DNA of 64,000 bases from Octopus sinensis (Eukaryota). Each line of letters starts with the position of its first letter. The stretch's first letter is position 1. Both the position numbers and the translations under genes were made by a program. Below, piece after piece: positions 26,424 to 39,110 of this stretch. Below the pieces are notes generated by a model. The model was not told where the DNA came from, did no database searches, and saw only the letters and a program-made list of their open reading frames with translations. The DNA is taken from positions 110,112,001-110,176,000 of the forward strand of contig NC_043003.1 in the NCBI RefSeq assembly GCF_006345805.1, read 5' to 3'.

Positions 26424-26540
26424 ATACCCTGGCCCGTTTTACGTTTCACCATCTTTTTCACAGCAGCCGCAGACCGCTTATGCTGCTTCACCACCGGCTA
26501 TAGGGAACTGTCGTCATATTCCCTTCCGTATCTACCCAGT

Positions 26541-26624
26541 CTGATGAGCGTAACGTTATATAATCGGATTGTTACCTAACATTCCATTGTATACTTTACG
26601 CGAAACCGATTGGTAAGATCGGTC
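26541..26624 (+). ncRNA. Hammerhead motif with perfect core, stem II and stem III, but weak stem I
   Basis: CTGATGA-GCGTAA...TTACGC-GAAA-CCGAT(TGGTAAG)ATCGG-TC. Confidence 0.75.
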
Positions 26625-26656
26625 GCGATTTTATATCTAATACTATACGTTTTAGA

Positions 26657-26722
<66 letters not shown>

Positions 26723-27900
26723 TATATATATGTGTGTGTGTGTATTATTTCGTTTATATATTTGTTTTGCAAGATTCTTGTTGTGAAATCGTGTGTTGAA
26801 ACAGGCAAAAGAGTGAAGTAGCATTGGTCTACGGTAATATTTACGGGTTATTTCTATATAAAGGGGACCCAGGATTTTTGAATAGTAATGAGAGGAAGTT
26901 AGTACTAAAATATGGCAAGGCTATCAATACGTCTAAAAAAGAATAGTACTTATCGTAAATAGGGCTTGTTAATATTTATCCCAAAACAAAACCGTAGAGT
27001 TCTTATAATGGTGTACTTAGTGAAACACTGTAGAGACCACCAGCTCTTGTCTGCAATATTGCGGACATCAACCGATGTGGTTCAAATTGTCTGTCTGTTG
27101 ATAAAAGGTTTTCTCCATTTTCTCATTATTTAAATTTGATTCCTGATAAACTTTTCTTTATTCTGTCGTTACCTGTGCCCCATGAGCATAGTGTGCCTGC
27201 ATTCCCATGCGCAGGGATAGCACAGGTAATTGATATCGATAGTAAATACTTTTATCTGTTAGACGGTTACTACAACCGCTCACTCTGCTTACCATTATAT
27301 ATATATATATATACATATACGAGCAAAACGGCCCCCCGCCCAATGGACGGTGCTGAGTTGTCAAACATTTAAACCAAATTTTCTCAAAACAACTTGTTCA
27401 ACCGTCCAATAGGCCTCCCCTTTGAGAAACGCTGATTTAACCTAAATTTGAGACACAAGCAAAAGAAGAAAGAAAGATAGACTTTTTTTCTATTCCAAGT
27501 AAAACGATTTTACAAATGCACGTTCCCACGGCTTTCTCGTTCGCATACTCACCTGGAATAGATTTTTGGAATTTTTCTACATATCAAATTTGAGCGTAAT
27601 CAGATGGAGGATGCCCAAGATCCTAGAAGACACACACACAGACAGAACGGATTTTATATAATATATATATATGTACATACACACAGACACACACATACAT
27701 GCTCACATGAAATTTATATTGTTTGTATTCGTCCCTCTTTCTGTATCTATCTATCTCTTTATCCCTCTCCCTCTTTCCCTCTCTCTCTCTAAATATTTAT
27801 ATATATAAAATATTCTATAATTATATACATAATTATAGAATATTTTGTATAATTTTTTAACGTACTGACTACTTGGTAAAATTATTATTATTAATAATAT

Positions 27901-28850
27901 TTTGAAAAGGTAATCTGGAACTCGACTGAGGATTCAAAACTCCGAATGTTCCGTCCTTGTTTTCCTTGTACCGTCCGTCTGGACATTTTGTTGTACCTTT
28001 TTTGTTTCACCTGCTTGGATGATTTGCGTCCTTGTCTCATTTTTGAATTTTTAATATATAAAATATAGCGACGTACGTACACTTTGGTCACTTATATGTA
28101 TGTATATATATCTAAATTCTGTAGCACTCTATTGTTCTTTGTATTCTTTCTTTCTTTCCTTCTTTCTATCAGCCCTTTCACACATCGTTCATTTCACTCT
28201 TCGTTCTTTCGTTTCCTGGCCTTCTTTTCATGCTCACATTCCTTCTTTCAATTCACTGTGTCTCTTTCATTTTTCTCTCGCCCCTCCTTAATTCTTCTAT
28301 TCCTCTGGCTCTACCCCTCTCTCTTATCTCCCCACGTAACCGGTGTTCGGCCAGGCCTGACCATTCTTTCTAGGTTGAACTACTCTCCGTGCAACATCTA
28401 TATTCCTTCCTGTGCTCGTTAAATCCCATGTCCCTGCCGTAAGGCTTTACTTCCTCACACGCCAGCTTAATTTAATTCGTCCTTAGTCGAAATACACTTG
28501 TTGTTATATCCTGTTATTTGTATTTGAGTAAAATTTCTCTCTTTTTTTTTCGTCCTTGTTTTCATATACATTCGCTGCTTTCTTCCAAGGAATGTAATGC
28601 TCTTAGCTTATTTTTCCTTGGGGCTGGCCAGATTTGAGCAATCACGAGTATAACCAGCCGAAATTGAAGAGATAATATGGAACTTGACTGAGGATAGAAA
28701 ACTCCGAATGATCCGTCCTTGTTTTCTTTGTATCGTCTGTCTGGATATATTATTGTCTCTATTTTGTTTCACCTAAGTTTCTAGATTTTTGCGTTCTCGT
28801 CCCATTTTTGTATTTTTTATAAAATATAGCGGCGTACATACACTTTAGTC
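27901..28850 (+). repeat. Diverged ~190-bp direct repeats (27901-28089 and 28664-28850); a third partial copy lies at ~6320-6430 on the minus strand
   Basis: gactgagga..aaactccgaatg.tccgtccttgtttt...aaaatatagcg.cgtac.tacacttt is shared by both copies. Confidence 0.75.
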
Positions 28851-29039
28851 CCCTATTTATATATATATACATACATACATGCATACATACGTACATACAT
28901 GCATACATACATATATACATACATACATATATACATATATACATACATACATACATATACATACATATATGTATGTATATATATATATATGTGTGTGTGT
29001 GTTTGTGTGTATTTATATGAGTGCATTTGTGTGTGCCTG

Positions 29040-29220
29040 TGTTTGTCGCTAACATCGCTTTACAACCGATGGTGGTGTGTTTATGTCCGCGTAACTTAGC
29101 TGTTCCTCAAAGGAAACCGATAGAATAAGTGCTAGGCTTGGAAAAAATAAGTGGTCGGATCGATTTGCTCGATTAAAGGCGGTGCTCCATTATAGCCGCA
29201 GTCAAATGACTGAAACAAAT
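29040..29220 (+). mobile_element. 3' part of long SINE
   Basis: ccgatagaataagtgctaggctt...taaaggcggtgctcc..gccgcagtcaaatgactgaaacaa. Confidence 0.75.
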
Positions 29221-29289
29221 ATATAAATATATATCAGAAATACTAAATTCCAAAATCTCTCGTAGAGATATGTGCGGTGATGTGCGATA

Positions 29290-29494
29290 GAATGGTTGTA
29301 TACTGTCAATCTAACACGAGCGTGACAGTAGGGGGTACCTCACCGCTGTTTAGCCCTAGGAAGCACGTATATAATGTATATAAGGACACAGGAAAAATGT
29401 GTCAAAGCCATCAGGAGGCATCGATGCTTCCTAGGGCTAAACAGCGGTGGTGTACCCCCTGCTGTTCGCTCGTGTTAGATTGATAGTATACAAC

Positions 29495-29499
<5 letters not shown>
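29290..29499. mobile_element. MITE with ~76-bp TIRs and TA TSD (Tc1/mariner-type)
   Basis: TA|GAATGGTTGTATACTGTCAATCTAACACGAGC...GCTCGTGTTAGATTGATAGTATACAACCATTC|TA. Confidence 0.8.
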
Positions 29500-29569
<70 letters not shown>

Positions 29570-30192
29570 TGTATATGTATATATAGATAGATACATACAT
29601 ACGTACATGCATTCATACATGAATATCTATGTATGTATATATGCATGTATGTATGTATATATGCACACACACCCATACACATACACAAACACCTATATAT
29701 ATAGATATATACGAATGTCAGCCAGATTTTATTTTGCGGTGTTAAATTTGAGCAGAAATGCTATTTAGAAGAATCATGCTGTTTTCATTCGAAAAGAATG
29801 TTTATCTTATTGAATACATCTCCCGACCAGTATTTTACATTCTCCTTATAACTCCAAGTAATAAATCGTATCATTATATATATAGGGTATGTCAGTTTTT
29901 ATTTCCAAAAGTAATTCATGATTTTAACAGCTAACTATTACATTAACCTCGCTTAGAACAAGTCAGCTTAAAGTAGAAAATACTGTCGAGGTTTTGAAAA
30001 GTGGAATTAGACAGAAATAGTGTTCCCGAAGCATGAGAAATTATCGTAAAAAATCTTTCTGTTACTAAGGTAAGTGATTTATGGGTCTATTTGTGTAATA
30101 AAAAACCATGTCTATAAATAATAAGTAAAGAGTTTGTTTCGGCGAAACATGTCTTTTAATAATAACCTATAGGGAACCAACGTATCTCTATT

Positions 30193-30228
<36 letters not shown>

Positions 30229-30467
30229 AGTCTATCAATCAATCTATCTATCTATCTATATATATGCGTGTATGTATGTCTGTCTGCATGTATTATGTAT
30301 ATTTATCTGTCTATATATTTGTTTGTCTGTCTGTCTTACCCTCCATATTTTATATATATATGTGTGTGTTGTATATATATGTATATATATCATATAATAT
30401 ATATATATATATATATAATATATATATATGTATGTATGTATGTATGCATATATATATATATATATAT

Positions 30468-30793
30468 ATAATTAATCAATATAGGGAGGCAAAAAAATTT
30501 GTAGAATTCTTTTGCCCCCAGCGGCCTAGTGGAAAAAATTAAATAGTCATAAACCATTTTTAAGTTCAATATCACAATCAAGGAACGGCCATAATAGGCC
30601 ATTCACCCACTAGAAATAACAGCCAAAAAGCTTTTTGGCTGTTATTTCTAGTGGGTGAATGGCCTTTATGGCCGTTCCTTGATTGTGATATTGAACTTAA
30701 AATGGTTTATGACTATTTAATTTTTTCCCACTAGGCCGCTGGGGGCAAAAGAATTCTACAAAATTTTTTTGCCCTCCCTATATTGATTAATTA
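30468..30793. repeat. ~326-bp near-perfect palindrome with no spacer
   Basis: Arms mirror around ...cagccaaaaag|ctttttggctg... (30630/30631) with only a few mismatches. Confidence 0.95.
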
Positions 30794-31175
30794 TGAATTT
30801 TCTGGTTGGTTCCGTAATGGAATCGGCGGCTTATATTTATTTGCTGCCGATAAATTTGGCGCGAGTGCGACGATTTGAAAATTTTAGGTCAGATATGGCG
30901 AGGCATGGACGAGAATGCCTCGTGAAAAATATCTGTTCCGTTTTGGCTATTCTTACTGATGAATCTAAGGGCCTATGGTAGATTGGCTTGATTTAATTTA
31001 ATCAGGTTAATTTACCATAAACAGTAGAAAAACGGTTGCATCGTCTAAGGAATTTCAGGGTAAATGTTTTTTAATTTTCTCCTGATTTACGGAATTAATG
31101 TTATTTTGCGGTTGAAGTTTTTTTGGCTGTTATTTCTAGTGGTGAATGGCCTATTATGGCCGTTCCTTGATTGTG

Positions 31176-31179
<4 letters not shown>
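30632..31179 (+). mobile_element. Non-coding HHR-bearing unit with ~60-bp terminal direct repeats (PLE pLTR/retrozyme-like)
   Basis: ttttggctgttatttctagtgg...gattgtgatat at 30632-30691 and 31120-31179; HHR at 30951-31050; no TE ORF. Confidence 0.7.
30951..31050 (+). ncRNA. Type I hammerhead motif with long stem II
   Basis: TCTTA-CTGATGA-...-GAAA(AA)-CG(GTTGCAT)CG-TC-TAAGG; two extra A residues in the GAAA homopolymer. Confidence 0.6.
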
Positions 31180-31209
<30 letters not shown>

Positions 31210-31240
31210 TATATTATATATATATATATATATATACATA

Positions 31241-31270
31241 CTACCGGGCCTCCTGGCCTTCGGCCCGGTC
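31241..31270 (-). mobile_element. Possible 3' end of a non-autonomous Helitron-like element
   Basis: GC-rich hairpin ACCGGGCC/GGCCCGGT running into GTAG|T on the minus strand; 5' end not identified. Confidence 0.35.
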
Positions 31271-32756
31271 TGTATGGTGGTCAAATGTATTTATATGGCA
31301 CATGTTTTCATCTATCGTAATGGCCGTTTTCCTTACAATGCGATGTGTTACAATGTGCTTCAGTATTGCATAACTCTTTTTAACATACTTTTACATAATA
31401 TCACCAAATTTCACTTCACCCATCGAAAATACGATTACTTGTAATCGTAATACATGTAAGAGAATATATGTTCCGGTAGTAGATATATGAGAAAGTTTTT
31501 GCGGATAAAAAGAATTTGTAGCGACTGGGAAATGCCTCTTGGAGTAAACTATGAATCGGAAATTTGATGTAATTTTAAAAATTGAGGCTGTGTTGTGGAG
31601 ACCTTCTGGCCTCATAAACACTTGGTTTCTGTCTTTGGGACTATTGTCTTCATTTCATCTAGACTTATATATTTTGGAGGCTATCAGCGGATGAGTCCAT
31701 AGTCATAAAATACACTGCTATCGGTTGTCCAATGAATTCAATGCATGGAAAGACAGGAAGAAACGTATGAAAAGAATTTCTTCGCGACTCCAGTGGGTGC
31801 TTTTCTATAAGTTGGAAACGATTGAGATGTGTTTATCTGTAAATGTAAAGGCCTAGTCCTTCCTCGATTTCTCAAAAGAGTGTATTGTTAGTATTGGTTG
31901 TGATATATTCATATATATGTTCGCGCCCATGTGTTTGTATGAGTGCGTGTTATGTTTATACGTTTGGATGTATATGTAAAAATATCAGTCTTCCTGCATA
32001 TATAAAATGTTCATTTACGTCCATATCTACGCAACCATGCCCCACATGCTTCGTAACTTTTAGAAAAAATAATATTATTGAACGAAAGTTTATGCAAAAA
32101 CGTTTCAGACGGCTTTGATTCCGATTATATCAGAATTTGCTGTGAAAAAACATTTTCCGCATGTCGAGATAGCAGTTTCGAAAAATTCAAACGATTCGGC
32201 ATTGATGGGAGCAAAAACAGATTTGTTCAACAAATTCAGATACATTTGAAATCGGCACCATCTGAAGCATATCTGTAGAAACTATTATTGAAAAATATCC
32301 ATTTTCCCTTAAGGTATGAAGAAGCAAATTCGGTAGGCCACTCTTCTTTAGGTATACCCATCTGTAAAAAGCATTACGGTGAAATAGACAGTACGTGGAT
32401 TGCTACAAATAGCAGCCAATACACCGTCAACTCATCCCCTTTACCGTTTTCGGAAAATAAGTGCAGTTATTTTCGGAATGGCCAAATTGATTGAAATGAC
32501 ACAAAAAACCCGAAATATTATCAATTTTATTTAGTGTTTTCAGTGTCCACTGTACAAACTTTACTTTTTATTGGAGAGAGAGAGTGGGGGTTGGTATTCT
32601 CTGTATGAAATACACTTCGTAGTGCTCAAGAGATTTGGACTTGAACAGGTAGAGGAGTAAATATAAGGACAAACAAGGACAAACAAGTTAGTGAAGTCGA
32701 TATAGAAAAAAATATTAAATGCATTTAATACAAAAAATGAACAGATGTATACATAT

Positions 32757-33083
32757 AAAAAGAGTCCGACTTACACCGAAATGAAATGATATCAGGAAAT
32801 AAGGGGGCTGACTAGGAGAATTACGATTCGAACAACTGTGTTCTGGGAGCTTGGTTGTCCAGATTAACGTTTGCAACTTTATTCCGTCGTCATATACCAC
32901 CAGCCTCCGTTGCGGGGAAGAATTTTACATTAGAGGTGTTGACTGAATGCAGATTAAAGAGGAAAGCTAAGAGCATGATTTTGGACTACCTAGCACCCCC
33001 AAACTGCTATTAGACTCGTAAAACTCATACGCAACTCCTTAAGTCCTGATATCATTTCCATTCCGTATAAGTTGGGCTTTTTT
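32757..33083. mobile_element. Old MITE-like element with ~100-bp degenerate TIRs
   Basis: gacttacaccgaaatgaaatgatatcagga... versus ...tcctgatatcatttccattccgtataagttg. Confidence 0.6.
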
Positions 33084-33122
33084 ATATGTATACATATGTA
33101 CAATTCTGTATTAAGTGTATAT

Positions 33123-33174
<52 letters not shown>

Positions 33175-33182
<8 letters not shown>

Positions 33183-33298
33183 CAACAACATTGAGGAACG
33201 GCCCCGATAGGCCATTCGACCCACTAGGAAGAGCAGCCAAGACTCAAACCGCTGGTGGCAAAAAATTTCTATTGAATTTTTTACTACCCTTATATTGA

Positions 33299-33302
<4 letters not shown>
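33175..33302. repeat. Fragment of the same family as the 30468 palindrome, with an internal inversion
   Basis: First half matches the left arm (ggaacggcc..taggccattc..ccactag..cagccaa); second half matches the distal right arm (ccgctgg..ggcaaaa..tatattgattaat). Confidence 0.65.
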
Positions 33303-33365
<63 letters not shown>

Positions 33366-33770
33366 TGTGTGTGTGTGTGTGTGTATGTGTGTGTGTAGTG
33401 TGTGTGTGTGTGTAAGTGTGTGTAATGGATCAAAGGCCATTCTCGATCCATATGCTCCCTCATAATTTGCACAACGTATCACCCCAGCCCAGAAATGGAA
33501 AACACAATCTTACGATCATAGTCATGTGTGCAACATGTAAACATTAAACCACGTCCTTCCCTAATACATATGTGTGCCTGTGTGGGTGAGTGTGCATGCA
33601 TATGTATATGTATATATGAATATATATGTATATATATAAATTTATAATTTGGGGTTTATAAGAGATATCAACACGCTGCAATTAGCAGCCAAAACGTAAC
33701 TCTAAACCATATTAAATGTTCATAGAGCACCAGGAGGGTGGAATATACTCATATAAATACATACATATAT

Positions 33771-33815
<45 letters not shown>

Positions 33816-33922
33816 CTAATACGAATACTTACACATACGAATGTATACATACATATATATGCACGTATATGTAAGTATTCGTATGTTGTATATATATTCG
33901 TATTTATGCGCTATCTGAGTAT

Positions 33923-33981
33923 ATTCCACTGATGAAGGCAGAGCATTTCTTATGCAAAGTCAGAAATCCGGGATCTGGAAT
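33923..33981 (+). ncRNA. Type I hammerhead motif with intact core
   Basis: ATTCCA-CTGATGA-AGGC..GCAT(TTCTT)ATGC..GTCA-GAAA-TCC(G)GGA-TC-TGGAAT; AUC site. Confidence 0.72.
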
Positions 33982-34136
33982 TATCCAGTAATTCTTTTGC
34001 CAGTTTATTTCGTACTAGCAGCATAGCCCGGCGTTGCCCGGGTATGTAAGAGCCCCTAGTAGGCAACGACTAATCCCAATGTAGTCCTTTCCCTCCAGGG
34101 AACGAAGGTGCATGTGGACGTTGCAATGTCTTGTCT

Positions 34137-37100
34137 TCACTGGAATACTTCTGTATATACGATGTTCCTAGCTGTCCGTTTGGGCGAAAACATGAAAACA
34201 TCATTGCGCCTCCCAACGCGTGAACAGCCCACGTAGAGTTGACCGTGGGCGAAGCACTGTTCGCCCAAATGTAACCCAGCGACTTGTAGCGTTTGGCCTT
34301 GGGATTTATTGATGGACATTGCGAAGCAGAGTTTAACAGGAAACTGAGAACGCCTGAAGTGGATTGGTAGGTCAGCGCCCGACGGTTGAAGGTGCATCCG
34401 TGGAATGAAGACGTCCTCTCCCTTCCCACAACCGGTAAGTATTGTGGCCGTTATTAAATGTGGTGCCAAATGTTTCACAACCAAACGTGTGCCGTTGCAC
34501 TGTTTAGGTGGAACCAAATTCCTGATGAGCATAATGGGCGCACCGACTTTTAACTTCAGGATGTGTGGTGGCAGGCCTGGCGGTTCAAGTGAATTCAGGA
34601 ATTCAACAGGATAATCGGCAAGCTGGGCGGGGTCTGCTGTCCTATCTATAGATTTGTAGACGTGGACATCACCAGGAATAGCTTCAAGTAGCTGGATATT
34701 GATGGAGTTGACGGTTGTATTTTTGGGTGCGAGAATAGCTCTGCCTGCCAGCCATTTTAGGTCGCGTAAATTGTTTTGTAGGTCGTGGAAGACAGCGTCC
34801 CGGAGGCTAGCAGGGGTGTCGACAATGGTGCAAAGTGAGTCCAATTGAACGTAGCCATCCGCATCAGACAGCATCCTATTTTCACCGAGCGATAAGAGGT
34901 CCCTGGAGAATGCAGCGGATCCGCTGTCACCAATTAACTGCGCGCGCATGTTAGTTTGGAGGTGCAAGGGCCGCACATGTGCCCAAAGAGCTGACGACTT
35001 AAGGCACGCGCGCACGGCATCGGCACGGGTTCCTTTTGGAATAACAGGTAGAGTCTGCCTGAAGTCTCCTGAAAGAAGTAAAGTTAATCCTCCCATGGGG
35101 GCCGTAGAGTCTTGCAGGGACCTGTCCAGTGCCTCAAGGGCGCCTTTGTGTGCCATAGTGCACTCGTCCCATACGATGAGTTTGCATCTGCGCAGAATGT
35201 CGGCCTGTTCTGAGTTCTTGGCGATGTTGCAGATAGGTGACTCGGACTTTGCCAGATCGAGCGGGAGTCTGAAGGCAGAGTGGGCGGTTCTGCCACCCGG
35301 AAGCAACGTGGCCGCGATACCAGAGGAAGCTACAGCCAGGGCAATGTCCGTGTTGCGTCTGACCTCTGCCAGAATTAGTTTAGTGACGAAGGTTTTGCCA
35401 GTGCCGCCGGGTGCATCAAGGAAGAAAATCCCCCCACGTTGCTGTCTGACAGAGTCTACGATGGTGTTGTAGGCTATGCGCTGGTCTGGAAGCAGCCGTG
35501 GTTCATTATCTTGGACGTACTGGTGCAGTTCCTCAATGCAGTAGGAAGTTTCGCGTAACAATTCAGCAGACATAACATTGGCGTGTTCACGTGTGGGTGG
35601 TGGAAGGCCGTACTCTGTTAAAGCAGACCCACCCATATCGATGACAGCGTCTTCGAGTTGAATGAGCGCAAAATTGTAAATGAAGTTGGTGAACGTGATC
35701 TCGGCGGAAGGGCAGTGTTGCTGAGCCGTACGTAAGAAGTCGTGCGACATGTCATCCCTGTATTTCATCCAGAGACTTAGTGGATCACTAAGCTGACATT
35801 TTTGAAGAAGGATTGCGAAAAGATGTCGTAGGGCCGAATGCGTTTGCAGTAAAGCACCCTCTGCCATCGTGGCGTCCCACTGGGAGTCATCCTCTAGAAG
35901 GCCAAGTCTCATACATGCTTCCCTGAAGGTGTCGCACAGAACCCCATTGACGGTACGTATATTGGCGAAACCTGTTGGACCAGTGACCTCATGTAGAAGG
36001 AGACGGAGGTAGAAGCATTCTTGCTGGTTTGGCGGGATGTTGTAAACTCGACCCAGGCAGGAGTCAAACTTGACGCCTGGGAAGCTTTCGACGTTTTTGC
36101 CGGATTTCCGTCGAACCCAGGTGTTTTTAGACCACACGAAGTACGATGGGACCTGTGGGTACAAAAGCGTTCGAGCGAAGTCATCACGTTGGCATAATTT
36201 GAAGAAACCAGTCAACGTTGTGTCTTTAGGGCTGGTGGCTATCTGCACAGCACTTTGCTCTGTGAAGTAAATCTGCTGTCCATTTTCCAAGTGTACAGCA
36301 AGCTGCACCACAGCCGGGTGTCTCTGATGGAGCGGGAAGCCGTAAATGCGCCAAAACGCTTCGTTGCTGCTGAGGTACCGGCCAGCCAAGTAGTTGGACA
36401 CTTCGTCGCGACTGGTGGTCCTCTGGATGCTGAACATGGCAGCATCGCTGCCTTTGTTGATATATTTGCAGACATATTGTATTGACCTGATGGAGCTGCA
36501 GAACTCAACGTTGACGTGGGCTTTGGATATCTTCGACAGGAGAGGACAGTAGGGGACAATGTAGCTGTTGTCCACTTGATGTCGCCCAACCGTAATCGTG
36601 CGGCCTCCATTGGCTGGACTCCTTCGTTTGTACAGCGGATACCCATCGCCGCCTGTTTGAGTCTCCAAAGTGAACCGTTTAGGGAATCCCTTTGAGCAGG
36701 CTAATCCGTTTTTGTAGCATGGTGTGTTGGCGTAATTTGGTCCACAGGGCCCGTGTACCATGGTAGTGCGGACAATTTCGTAGAGTCCGGGGTCCTCATC
36801 GGGGTCAGGAATCTCGGCGGAAATGAATTTGTCAATGTCATTAGTCTCGATTTTATGAGTGAGCCAAATTAAGATGTGAGCATGTGGCAAGCCCCTCTTT
36901 TGCCACTCGACCGAAAACATGTGGCACCTGACATGCCCGAAAATCTGACTCTTAACTATCAAATCCTTCATTTTGCCCAAATTCAGACGGAAAACCCTAG
37001 CAACGATGTCGTGTCGATGGGTGTGAGATTGACCCGGGAGGAGTTCGCGAGTGATTTCGTCGCAGCTGGGATTGCACGTGTAGGTGATAAAGAGGTCCGG

Positions 37101-38987
37101 CCGGCCGTAAATGCGCACGTAGGTCAAGGCGTCTTGGGTCCTTTCACGCATATATCGCGGTCCTCCCGTGAAGGTGGAGGGTAGAATGCATGGCTTGCCG
37201 ATGTTGCGAGGGTCATTTTCTTGTTGCAAACCGTCACGGAGATGGAATGTAGGAGTCGGAGCGAAGTTTGGTCTGATTAAGTTTAATGTATAGCAGCCTT
37301 TCCGATTCCATTTTTGCGGCCATATCGACGGCGAACTGGTTGAATAGCTGACGACAACGGGGCAATAAGTTGAACTCACCCTCCCTGACCATGAACCGGT
37401 ATGAGTAGAACGCCCTGCAGGAAACCGTCTTTGATGCCGCAGTAGTTTGATTGGAGGGCTGCCGTAAAGGAATTCCGAAGTGGTAGCCGTCTTCCCCATA
37501 AGGGAAAAGCAATGGATAGTGAAGCGCGTCATAAGATCTGTGAGTCTCGCTGATCCTGTGTAGGTTGTTACCACGGGAGGAGATGATTATGTCACGGCTG
37601 TTGTGTTGCTCTCCGTGTATAACTGCGGCAATTTCGTTGCACGCAGGTGCGTTGAAACGGCGTTCGTGCTCCCCGTGGGGTCGTTTATCAGCATCAATGA
37701 CAACGGTGAAGTTTGGAGATGGAGCACTGTCCAAGGCATATCTGAAGCTGCAGACGTAGCTGTTGATATCATGAAGCATGGTTTGGAGACGGAGAAGAAT
37801 GTCTTTGCGGGGAACATAGCTTGTACCCGGTATTATTCCAAGGCGTGCATCAACCTGGTGGTTGTAGTCGGCAATGAAGTATATTTGGAGGAAAGAAGAC
37901 TGCTGAATCTCGTCTGGCAGAAGTGACCCAATAAGATGGTAGACCTGTCCCTGCACTTTGAAAGTAGGCATCCAGCCTTCTCTGGGAGGAATTTTGGCCC
38001 CAAAAGAGGTCATTTGGAATGAGCAGTTGTACTTTCGAATTATTTCAAGGAATTGTGACGAATCGGGGGTTAAACCCGCCGCGAGATCCTTCAGTGGTTG
38101 AGGTGGTTCCCGTAGGGGTGGCAGGTCCACTTTGCCACCAGAGCAGCACAAACCAGGTGGCTCTCCGGGCCATTTCTTGGCTTTGCAAAACTGGCATACA
38201 ATTGTCATTGACCCTATCTTGATGTCGTCACGCAAGGAGAAGTTAATTGTGGCGTCGTAGTTGAATGCTAGTGACAACCAGAAAGCGGGGGCAGGGGTAC
38301 GTACACCACGAATGATATCCCGACGTTTGTTGATACTCTCAAGTCGAGTGCACCGTGCCTCAGCAGATTCAGATGCACGTGCGACAGCGGTAGCAGTGGC
38401 ATCCCTTGAAAGCCTTTCAGCTCTCGCCTCAGCACCCTCTGAGCAGTGTTAATGGCATGTCTGGATGTCCTAATAGTCCGTTGGTGTGGAGTTTCGGCAG
38501 ATCGAGCCCTGGCTGTGTTTGCGGCGTTAGCAGCTTGGCGAGCTCTCCTCTGTTGAGGTGTTTCGGCAGCTTTGGCCATGGCTTTGTTTGCGGCGTCAGC
38601 ATCTTGGCGAGTTCTCCTCTGCTGTGAGGTTTCGACAGATCGTGTCCTGGCAGTGCTAGTGGCGTTAGCCGCATTCCGAATGGCCCTTTGTTCGGGGTTC
38701 TCGCGAGCTCTGCGGATGGAAGCACAGTAAGAAGCCCGCATGTTTTGGCTGGACTGTTGCTCTTTCGTCAACCTCGAGCGGAGGGAAGATCTGTACGCTG
38801 CGACCCTTGCAAGTCGGGTAGAACGGTCGCTAGTAGTTTCAGATGCCTGAGCAGCGGCATAACGGGAAGCTGTTTGCGAGAGGCGCAAGGCGGTTTCCTC
38901 GTGGGTCTCGCGTGCCCTTCTAGCCCTAGCAGCCGATGCCTTGGCCGTCCGAGGGCTGAGGAGGGTCCTTCTCTTCTTGGGTGGCAT
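34137..38987 (-). pseudogene. Helitron RepHel transposase (~1620 aa reconstructed) with two frameshifts
   Basis: MPPKKRR start, 23-aa repeats, CQFCKAKKWPGEPPGLCC, Rep motifs RPDLFITYTCNP / VEWQKRGLPHAHIL / YVCKYINKG, Pif1-like motifs DAPGGTGKT / IVWDEC / GDFRQ / SINKSQGQT; shifts at ~38435 and ~37245. Confidence 0.93.
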
Positions 38988-39110
38988 TTTGGTGGATAGC
39001 AATGTGTTTGGCAAAGGTGTAATAAAAAGGAACACGTGGGGTAAGTATTTTGGTGGATAGCAATGTGTTTGGTAAAGGTGTAATAAAAAGGAGCTCGTGG
39101 GGTAAGTATC
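38986..39110. repeat. Two-copy 61-bp tandem repeat at the Helitron start codon
   Basis: attttggtggatagcaatgtgtttgg.aaaggtgtaataaaaagga..cgtggggtaagtat at 38986 and 39047. Confidence 0.85.

Noticed and set aside
26464-26549. Apparent exon with a strong acceptor and an open frame
   Set aside because: Its 3' end overlaps the CTGATGA core of a hammerhead element, so the GC-rich island is better explained as a repeat.
30000-30075. Perfect donor AAG|GTAAGT
   Set aside because: All three upstream frames contain stops.
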